32,000 nt of DNA from Nitrosopumilaceae archaeon (GTDB taxonomy: Archaea > Thermoproteota > Nitrososphaeria > Nitrososphaerales > Nitrosopumilaceae): NCBI GenBank assembly GCA_040877685.1, contig JBBDNF010000013.1, positions 51,886 through 83,885 on the forward strand, given 5' to 3'. The position numbers were made by a program, and so were the translations under genes. The notes beneath the pieces are model-generated. The model was not told where the DNA came from, searched no databases, and worked only from the letters and a program-made list of their open reading frames with translations. Below are positions 25,577 through 32,000 of the stretch, one piece after another (position 1 is the stretch's first letter; each line of letters starts with the position of its first letter).

Positions 25577-26434
25577 ATGTCAAAGCTTCGCATATTGTTT
25601 GATAGAGTAAGGTCAGAGGAGAAAATGCTCGAGGAAAAAGCAATCGAGCTTGGTCATAATACCAAGATGGTTGATGCAAAGATAACGCAAGTTAACACTG
25701 AAAGCAAAAAAAGTGATTTTGATTTTGGCGATGTAGTATTGGAAAGGTGTGTGAGCTATTTTCGTGGCTTGCACTTTACTGCGTGTTTAGAATTTCTTGG
25801 TGTGCCTGTCATAAACAGTTTTGAAGTTGCAAACAATTGTGGAAACAAGATGATAACATCACTTTTGCTAAAAAAACACAATGTACCAACTCCAAAAACA
25901 TACTTCTCGTTCTCGTCTGAGGCAGCACTTGAGAATCTCGAAAAGACAGGATATCCAATGGTTATCAAACCAGTAGTTGGGAGTTGGGGAAGAGGCGTTA
26001 TGCCACTTAAGGATAGGGACACAGCAGATGCAATAATCGAAGTCAGAGAGCTAAGTGATGGCCCTCTAGATAGGATCTATTATTTACAGGAGATGGTAAA
26101 CCGACCTCCTCGAGATATACGTGTCATAGTTGTTGGAGACCAAGTGGTAGCTGCTATGTACCGAACTTCATCTGGTAGCTTTAAGACAAACATTGCACTA
26201 GGAGCTGAGCCAGTTGTTTGTGAGATAACAAAAGAGCTTGAAGATGTGTGTATGAGAGCAGCAAAGGCAGTAGGTGGAGGAATACTTGGTGTTGATGTAA
26301 TGGAAGATAAAAAACGAGGACTGGTTGTGCATGAAGTAAATAACACAGTAGAGTTCAAGGGACTGGCAAAGGTAGCAAAAAAGGACATTCCAAAAGAAAT
26401 GATAGACTTTGCCATTAAATCTGCTATAAAATAA
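25577..26434 (+). CDS. lysX: RimK-family ATP-grasp ligase, LysX/ArgX type (copy 1)
   Basis: 285 aa with ATP-grasp motifs (YPMVIKPVVGSWGRGV, RPPRDIRVIVVGDQVVAAMYR, GVDVMEDKKRGLVVHEVNNTVEF). It is immediately downstream of lysW. Its position beside argG suggests the Glu-ligating ArgX role, but that is inference only. Confidence 0.8.
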   Translation: MSKLRILFDRVRSEEKMLEEKAIELGHNTKMVDAKITQVNTESKKSDFDFGDVVLERCVSYFRGLHFTACLEFLGVPVINSFEVANNCGNKMITSLLLKKHNVPTPKTYFSFSSEAALENLEKTGYPMVIKPVVGSWGRGVMPLKDRDTADAIIEVRELSDGPLDRIYYLQEMVNRPPRDIRVIVVGDQVVAAMYRTSSGSFKTNIALGAEPVVCEITKELEDVCMRAAKAVGGGILGVDVMEDKKRGLVVHEVNNTVEFKGLAKVAKKDIPKEMIDFAIKSAIK

Positions 26435-26464
26435 ATTATACCACGTTATGCTAGAGGGATATCA

Positions 26465-27517
26465 ATGAAAGTAGGAGTCATAGGTGCATCTGGTTATGTC
26501 GGTGGAGAGATGCTAAGGTTACTTGTAAGTCATCCAAAAGTTGAGATTGCAATGGTTACATCAAGGCAATATGTAGGAGAATATGTTTCAAGAATTCAGC
26601 CTAGTCTAAAGGGATTTATTGATTCAACATTTTCCGAGCTTGATTATGATAAATTGTCAGACAAGTGTGATATTGTCTTTACAGCGGTACCACATGGAAC
26701 AGCTACTGAGATAGTCAAAGCATTATACGATCGTGGGATGAAAGTAATTGATCTAAGTGCAGACTATCGTCTTCACAATCCTTCTGACTATGACAAGTGG
26801 TACGGCTGGCAACATCCGCATCCAGAGTTACTATCAAAGTCAGTCTTTGGAGTGCCTGAAATCCACAGAGAAGAGATCAAAAAAGCACAGCTGGTGTCAT
26901 GCCCTGGATGCATGGCGGTAACATCACTTCTTGCGCTGTATCCACTGGTAAAAAAAGACATAATCGATACAGAGCATATCATAGTTGATTCTAAAATCGG
27001 CTCATCTGGTGCGGGAGCCGGATCAGTTGCTGGTACACACCACGCCATGAGATCTGGAGTAATCAGACCATACAAGCCTACAAAACACAGACATACGGGA
27101 GAGATAGAGCAAGAGCTGAGCGAAGTCGCTGGTAAAAAGATCAAAGTGTCCATGAGCCCCCATGCAGTAGACATAGTTAGAGGAATCTTGTGCACAAATC
27201 ACACATTCCTTACAAAACAAGTAAGTGAGATAGATCTCTGGAAAATATACCGCGAACAATATCAGAATGAAAAATTCATCAGGTTGATTCATGATAAAAA
27301 GGGATTCTACAAGTTTCCTGATCCCAAGTTTGTCGTAGGATCCAATTTCTGCGACGTAGGATTTGACATGGATGAGGACAACAATAGATTAGTAGTACTG
27401 TCAGCGTCAGATAATCTCATGAAAGGAGCCGCAGGCTCTGCCATACAAAACATGAATATCATGGCAGGTTTTGATGAGATGGAAGGGCTTGCCTACTCAC
27501 CGTTAACACCTGTGTGA
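26465..27517 (+). CDS. lysY: LysY/ArgC-type [carrier]-aminoacyl-phosphate reductase (N-acetyl-gamma-glutamyl-phosphate reductase family)
   Basis: 350 aa. The NAD(P) motif is VGVIGASGYVGGE. The active-site Cys context is VSCPGCMAV. It lies within the lysW cluster. Confidence 0.85.
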   Translation: MKVGVIGASGYVGGEMLRLLVSHPKVEIAMVTSRQYVGEYVSRIQPSLKGFIDSTFSELDYDKLSDKCDIVFTAVPHGTATEIVKALYDRGMKVIDLSADYRLHNPSDYDKWYGWQHPHPELLSKSVFGVPEIHREEIKKAQLVSCPGCMAVTSLLALYPLVKKDIIDTEHIIVDSKIGSSGAGAGSVAGTHHAMRSGVIRPYKPTKHRHTGEIEQELSEVAGKKIKVSMSPHAVDIVRGILCTNHTFLTKQVSEIDLWKIYREQYQNEKFIRLIHDKKGFYKFPDPKFVVGSNFCDVGFDMDEDNNRLVVLSASDNLMKGAAGSAIQNMNIMAGFDEMEGLAYSPLTPV

Positions 27518-27521
27518 AAAA

Positions 27522-28322
27522 ATGATCACAATCAAGATAGGAGGAAGCGTTGTGGATGAGCTTCATTCATCAACTATTTCTGATCTTAAAAAAGTATCAC
27601 AAAAAGAAAAAATAATTCTGGTTCATGGTGGTGGAAAAGAAGTAACAAGAATTTCAGAGGCACTTGGCAAAGAACAAAAGTTCATTGTGTCACCAGGTGG
27701 AATAAAAAGTAGATATACAGACAAAGAAACTGTAGAAATTTTCACCATGGTAATGTCAGGTAAGATAAACAAGATGATAGTAGGTATGCTACAAAAAAAT
27801 GGAATCAACGCAGTAGGACTTTCTGGTATAGATGGTCAGATCATCCAAGCGGAGCGTAAAAAGAAATTAGTCGTGATAAACGAAAAGGGTCGCAAGATGG
27901 CAATAGATGGTGGTTACACTGGAAAGATTAAGGATGTAAATTCAGATCTATTAAAGTCAATTCTTGATCAAGGATATCTTCCTGTCATATCTCCTATTGC
28001 TATAAGCGAAGAGTTTGACTTTCTTAATGTGGACGGCGATAGAGCTGCGGCATATGTTGCAGGAAAGATGCATTCTGATAAGATTCTCTTTTTGACAAAT
28101 GTTGATGGATTATTGATGAACAACAAACTTGTCAAGAGTCTGTCTTTAGCAGAAGCAAAGGAAATACTTCCAAAGATAGGTTTTGGCATGGAAAAAAAGA
28201 TTCTTGCAGCAACAGAGGCCTTAGAAATGGGCGTAAAGCAAGCTCTAATTGCAAACGGTCAAAAAGAAAATCCAATATCAGCAGCTATTGCAAATGAGAA
28301 CTGCACGGTGATTACAAAATGA
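27522..28322 (+). CDS. lysZ: LysZ/ArgB-type kinase (acetylglutamate kinase family)
   Basis: 266 aa. ILVHGGGKEV and NVDGDRAAAYVA are amino-acid-kinase family motifs. Confidence 0.85.
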   Translation: MITIKIGGSVVDELHSSTISDLKKVSQKEKIILVHGGGKEVTRISEALGKEQKFIVSPGGIKSRYTDKETVEIFTMVMSGKINKMIVGMLQKNGINAVGLSGIDGQIIQAERKKKLVVINEKGRKMAIDGGYTGKIKDVNSDLLKSILDQGYLPVISPIAISEEFDFLNVDGDRAAAYVAGKMHSDKILFLTNVDGLLMNNKLVKSLSLAEAKEILPKIGFGMEKKILAATEALEMGVKQALIANGQKENPISAAIANENCTVITK

Positions 28323-29494
28323 CTGAAGATGACTTTATGGGAAACGTCTACCAGCGGTTTCCCGTCACCGTAGAACGGGGCCTTGGAAGTCATGTTTGGG
28401 ACATAAATGGGAAAGAGTATATCGACTGCATGGGCGGATATGGTGTTGCGCTTGTTGGTCACTGCAATCCTCGTGTTGTAAAAGCCCTCAAAGCTCAGCT
28501 TGAAAAGATAATCACTGTACACAGCTCACTTTACAACAAGACACGAGAAGAGTTTCTTGAGAATCTGATTAAGATTGCACCAAAAGGACTAACTCAGGTT
28601 CACCTAAACAATAGTGGAACAGAAGCAGTAGAAGCTGCAATAAAATTTGCAAGAAAATTCACAGGCAAAAGTGGTATGGTAGCTATGAATGGATCATACC
28701 ATGGCAAATCATTTGGTTCTTTGTCATTAACCTTTAATCCAAAATATCGCAAGTCATTTGAACCTCTTGTCGAAAAAGTTTCTTTTTGTCGGTTTGGAGA
28801 TATTGAAGCGTTAAGATCTACGGTAAACTCTGATACAGCATTTGTAATAATAGAACCTATACAAGGAGAAAGTGGAATTCATGTTGCACCTGATGGATTT
28901 CTCCAAGATGTTAGAAAGTTGTGTAATGAAAAAGGAATACTTTTGATCTTTGATGAAATCCAATCTGGGCTTGGTAGAACTGGTAAGATGTGGGCAGGAC
29001 AACACTGGGACACTGCTCCTGACATCATGTGTCTTGCAAAAGGCATAGCCGGTGGCGTGCCTATGGGTGCTACACTTGTGCGTCCAGATATACTTGCAAG
29101 TATAAGCAAAGGTGAACACTCGTCCACTTTTGGTGGAAATCCTCTTTCATGTGCCGCAGGAATTGCTACAATACAAGCTCTAACCCAAGATGGTCTGGTA
29201 GAAAATGCAGTAAAAATGGGAAAGAAATTTCAAGATGGCTTAGAAGATTTAAAGAAAAAACATAAGATAATCAGAGAAATTCGTAGCAAAGGATTGATGA
29301 TTGGAGTAGAGATGAAGTTTGAGGTAAAAGATATTTTGCTTGACGGAATAGCTAATGGCCTATTGCTTTTGTATTCAGGAAGAAACATACTCAGGTTACT
29401 ACCTCCACTTGTTATTTCAGAATCAGACATAACCAAAGCTTTAGAAATACTTGATATCTTATTAGAAAAAGAGGAAAAACGTAGAAATGTCTAG
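28319..29494 (+). CDS. lysJ: LysJ/ArgD-type class III PLP aminotransferase
   Basis: 391 aa. Motifs are FDEIQSGLGRTG, CLAKGIAGGVPMGA (PLP lysine) and HSSTFGGNPL. It overlaps lysZ by 4 nt. Confidence 0.85.
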   Translation: MTEDDFMGNVYQRFPVTVERGLGSHVWDINGKEYIDCMGGYGVALVGHCNPRVVKALKAQLEKIITVHSSLYNKTREEFLENLIKIAPKGLTQVHLNNSGTEAVEAAIKFARKFTGKSGMVAMNGSYHGKSFGSLSLTFNPKYRKSFEPLVEKVSFCRFGDIEALRSTVNSDTAFVIIEPIQGESGIHVAPDGFLQDVRKLCNEKGILLIFDEIQSGLGRTGKMWAGQHWDTAPDIMCLAKGIAGGVPMGATLVRPDILASISKGEHSSTFGGNPLSCAAGIATIQALTQDGLVENAVKMGKKFQDGLEDLKKKHKIIREIRSKGLMIGVEMKFEVKDILLDGIANGLLLLYSGRNILRLLPPLVISESDITKALEILDILLEKEEKRRNV

Positions 29495-29906
29495 TGATAA
29501 AACAGATGAAGCAATAATTGAAATGTTGAAGAAAGATTCACGAGAATCCTTTGTAGAAATAGGACAAAAGCTTGGTCTTTCCGAGTCTGCAGTGCGAAGA
29601 AGAGTAAAAAATCTTTTTGATGGTGGGATTATTAAAAAATTTACAATAGAAACTGGTGATGCGAATGCTACTAGTGCAATCATTTTGATTTCTGTTGATT
29701 CTGCAACAGATACTGCAAAAGTTTCCGCAAAGTTAACGAAGCTTAAAGGAGTTAATATTGTTTATGAGATAACCGGTCAATATGATATAGCAGTTGTAAT
29801 ACGAGCCCCAACAATTACTGACATTAATGTGTGTATTGACTCTCTGCGCAAGGTGCCAGGTGTATTCGATACCAACACTGTCATCATACTGCACACTGTG
29901 ACATAA
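29487..29906 (+). CDS. Lrp/AsnC-family transcription regulator (HTH + RAM domain), LysM-like by position
   Basis: 139 aa. The HTH is DEAIIEMLKKDSRESFVEIGQKLGLSESAVRRRVKNL, followed by a RAM domain. It overlaps lysJ by 8 nt. Confidence 0.8.
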   Translation: MSSDKTDEAIIEMLKKDSRESFVEIGQKLGLSESAVRRRVKNLFDGGIIKKFTIETGDANATSAIILISVDSATDTAKVSAKLTKLKGVNIVYEITGQYDIAVVIRAPTITDINVCIDSLRKVPGVFDTNTVIILHTVT

Positions 29907-29982
29907 AAAACGAAGCTCGGATCATTTTAACAAACTATGACGTAAATCGTTACAAATATTTCATAATTAGCCGATTCTAGTA

Positions 29983-30000
29983 CGAATATGTTTATATTCG
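29983..30000. promoter_or_regulatory. Perfect palindrome CGAATAT-GTTT-ATATTCG overlapping the TATA-like box of the homocitrate synthase promoter; candidate operator
   Basis: It has 7-bp arms and a 4-nt spacer, read directly from the sequence. The embedded TTTATATT is centred ~30 nt upstream of ATG 30025. An Lrp-type regulator gene ends 77 nt upstream. Confidence 0.35.
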
Positions 30001-30024
30001 CCAATTTTTTGTACTAAATCAGCA

Positions 30025-31215
30025 ATGAGTGATCCGAATTACTATGCATACCAGTATAACGCTATGGGAAATAAGCCAAAGAAGATTCATGTTTTAGACA
30101 GTACTCTAAGAGAGGGCGAACAGCATCCCGGTGTATCATTTTCAAACAAACAACGAATTCAGATTGCATGGATGCTTGACTATTTTGGAGTTGATCAGAT
30201 AGAAATTTCTCCTGTAGTATCTAGTGATCACAAAGAAGCGACAAAGACTATAATCAAACAGGGGTTAAGAGCTGACATAGTAGTACATGTGCGGGCATTG
30301 AAAGAGGATGTAGATGTTGCACTTGATTGTGATGCAAGATGGATGGCAACATACCTTGGAATATCTGATATTCATCTAAAAGATAAACTTAGGATAACAC
30401 GCGAGGAGGCTTTACGACGCGCTGTTGAAACGGTAGAGCGTGCAAAATCACATGGTCTTAAGATGCGCTTTACCATGGAAGATGCAAGTAGAGCAGAGCC
30501 AGCATTTCTAATCAAGATGTGCAAAGCAATAGAAGAAGCAGGGGTTGACAGAATAAGCATCACAGATACAGTAGGAATAATGCGACCAATAGGTATGTAC
30601 AATCTTGTAAAAACAGTGCGAGGCCAAATAAAAACTCCGCTTGATGTACACTGTCACAATGATATTGGTTTTGCGTTAGCAAATGCATTTGCAGGATGTG
30701 ATGCTGGTGCAGATCAGATTCACACCACAATAGATGGAGTTGGTGAAAGAACTGGAATTCCAGCACTCGCAGAAACGGCAGTTGCACTTACTTATCTATA
30801 CAAATCTCCAAATAATTTCAGACTAGACATGCTCATGGATCTCTCCAGATTGATAGAACAATATACTAACATCGAGCCTTACGATTCCAAGCCTATAGTA
30901 GGTGCTACTGCCTACAAACATAAGGCAGGAACCCATCTTGCGGCAATTCTGAGGAATCCTGCTGCATACGAACCAATTGAGCCAAAAGTAGTAGGCAATA
31001 GACGAAGAATCGTGTTCGGGGAACTGGCAGGTAAAAATGGAGCAGCATATCTCATGTCACTTTTAGGTCTTGACCAAAATGATGAGCATGCAAAAGCTGT
31101 GGCGGCAGGCCTCAAGAACTTGCGTATGGGAGATTTGCTTGAAATTCCGCTTGATGAGAGACTTGAAAGAAAGATAATTAATGACACCCAATCTAAGGTA
31201 AAATCAGGTAAGTAA
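30025..31215 (+). CDS. Homocitrate synthase (short HCS/IPMS-family enzyme without a LeuA regulatory domain)
   Basis: 396 aa. It has the DRE-TIM metallolyase motifs LDSTLREGEQ and HCHNDIGFALANA. It is followed directly by lysW/lysX. Citramalate or isopropylmalate synthase cannot be strictly excluded by eye. Confidence 0.7.
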   Translation: MSDPNYYAYQYNAMGNKPKKIHVLDSTLREGEQHPGVSFSNKQRIQIAWMLDYFGVDQIEISPVVSSDHKEATKTIIKQGLRADIVVHVRALKEDVDVALDCDARWMATYLGISDIHLKDKLRITREEALRRAVETVERAKSHGLKMRFTMEDASRAEPAFLIKMCKAIEEAGVDRISITDTVGIMRPIGMYNLVKTVRGQIKTPLDVHCHNDIGFALANAFAGCDAGADQIHTTIDGVGERTGIPALAETAVALTYLYKSPNNFRLDMLMDLSRLIEQYTNIEPYDSKPIVGATAYKHKAGTHLAAILRNPAAYEPIEPKVVGNRRRIVFGELAGKNGAAYLMSLLGLDQNDEHAKAVAAGLKNLRMGDLLEIPLDERLERKIINDTQSKVKSGK

Positions 31216-31216
31216 A

Positions 31217-31384
31217 ATGATAAAGTGTATAGAATGTGATGCGAATATCTCAACTCCAAAGGATGCGATGGAAGGTGAGATAATAACCTGTCCTGATTGT
31301 GGTGCAAGCTTTGAATTAGTAAAAGGAGCTAAAGACTTTGAGTTAAAACCAGCACAAACTGTTGGTGAGGACTGGGGCCAGTGA
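31217..31384 (+). CDS. lysW: LysW-type amino-group carrier protein (copy 2, tail EDWGQ)
   Basis: 55-codon ORF below the track cutoff: MIKCIECDANISTPKDAMEGEIITCPDCGASFELVKGAKDFELKPAQTVGEDWGQ. It starts 1 nt after the homocitrate synthase stop. Its stop overlaps the GTG of the next ligase gene (GTGA). Confidence 0.75.
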   Translation: MIKCIECDANISTPKDAMEGEIITCPDCGASFELVKGAKDFELKPAQTVGEDWGQ

Positions 31385-32000
31385 GCTCCAGCCTATCGAT
31401 TCTTTACGACACCATCCGGTGGGAAGAAAAAGCTCTCTTTGACGCCGGCAAAAAAAAGAGAGATGACATAAAGATGGTGGATTGTAAGAATTTGTTTTTA
31501 AATTTGGATCAAACTAGAGAAAATTTTGGCACTGTAATCCAGAGGTGTGTTAGTTATTACAGAAGTCTTCACTCTACTGCAGCACTTGAAGGAAAAGGAA
31601 TTAACGTGATAAATTGTTTAAACACCAGCATCTTTGCGGGAAACAAGTTATTCACTCATATGCTTTTGCAAAAAAATGGAATTCCTACTCCCTTTAGTAC
31701 AGTAGCATTCTCTGAAGAATCTGCCCTTGCGGCTCTAGAAAGTCAAGGTTATCCTATGGTACTCAAACCAACCGTTGGTAGTTGGGGAAGATTGATCGCA
31801 CTACTAAAGGATCGTGATTCTGCAGAAGGAATAATGGAAAGCAGGGAAAGGATGTATCCAATTTACCAAGTATACTATCTTGAAGAATTTGTTCAGAGGC
31901 CTCCCCGTGATATCAGGGCGATAATGATAGGTGACAAGGTAGTTGCTGCGATCTACAGATATTCTGGAGACAGTCAGTGGAAAACAAATATGGCACTTGG
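31381..32000 (+). CDS. lysX: RimK-family ATP-grasp ligase, LysX/ArgX type (copy 2); the 3' end runs off the right window edge
   Basis: Absent from the ORF track because there is no stop in the window. My translation is MSSSLSILYDTIRWEEKALFDAG...YPMVLKPTVGSWGRLIALL...RPPRDIRAIMIGDKVVAAIYRYSGDSQWKTNMALG, collinear with copy 1. Confidence 0.8.
   Translation, partial: MSSSLSILYDTIRWEEKALFDAGKKKRDDIKMVDCKNLFLNLDQTRENFGTVIQRCVSYYRSLHSTAALEGKGINVINCLNTSIFAGNKLFTHMLLQKNGIPTPFSTVAFSEESALAALESQGYPMVLKPTVGSWGRLIALLKDRDSAEGIMESRERMYPIYQVYYLEEFVQRPPRDIRAIMIGDKVVAAIYRYSGDSQWKTNMAL

Noticed and set aside
1-32000. A window-wide search for tRNA/rRNA genes, C/D-box sRNAs, CRISPR arrays, transposases/integrases, toxin-antitoxin pairs and defence-type genes (nucleases, helicase/methylase combinations).
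   Set aside because: None was recognised. Intergenic spacers are short and AT-rich with no GC-rich structured segments. No C-box/D-box pairs (RUGAUGA...CUGA) were found in the spacers I read. Every large ORF has a housekeeping, transport or surface-protein assignment. A covariance-model scan (tRNAscan-SE, Infernal) would be needed to exclude small ncRNAs formally.

Overview
This is an AT-rich, very gene-dense archaeal chromosome segment with about 38 protein genes, short spacers and many 4-8 nt gene overlaps. The gene content includes archaeal r-proteins L15e/L31e/L39e, aEF-1beta plus its Zn-ribbon partner, Pth2, CDC48, a NirK-like copper protein, a degenerate FtsZ-like protein, LysW carrier-protein lysine/arginine genes and TATA boxes about 26-30 nt upstream of start codons. 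By inference this points to an ammonia-oxidising thaumarchaeon of the Nitrosopumilus type.

Layout, left to right:
- CDC48 <- aEF-1beta <- Zn-ribbon, all on the minus strand.
- Geranylgeranyl reductase, Pth2, a secreted beta-propeller protein and TruD.
- A small block of membrane and surface proteins around rpl15e.
- A 2-hydroxyacid dehydrogenase and nirK-like gene.
- A fumarase/aspartase-family lyase, a MiaB-like methylthiotransferase and the FtsZ-like gene.
- rpl31e/rpl39e and a Nudix hydrolase.
- A metF-like plus split-metE triad, then a surface protein.
- A NitT/TauT ABC importer.
- argG-lysW-lysX-lysY-lysZ-lysJ-lrp, then homocitrate synthase-lysW-lysX, which runs off the right edge.

Four real genes are missing from the supplied ORF track. 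CDC48 and the second lysX are edge-truncated. Two LysW genes and one Zn-ribbon gene are each under 60 aa.

I saw no rRNA or tRNA gene, CRISPR array, transposase/integrase or long DNA repeat. I did not find a convincing defence island or an obviously new multi-gene machine, and most of the window is core housekeeping. The most unusual signals are:
- Two LysW carrier + ligase pairs share one lysYZJ set, and the second carrier ends in Gln instead of the canonical Glu.
- A perfect palindrome overlaps the homocitrate synthase TATA box, next to an Lrp-type regulator.
- MetE is split into two genes translationally coupled to a short MetF-like gene.
- The FtsZ-like protein has a degenerate tubulin signature.
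- A paralogous surface-protein domain carries EF-TM-basic C-terminal tails.

All homology statements come from reading the translations and recalling family motifs. No database search was run.
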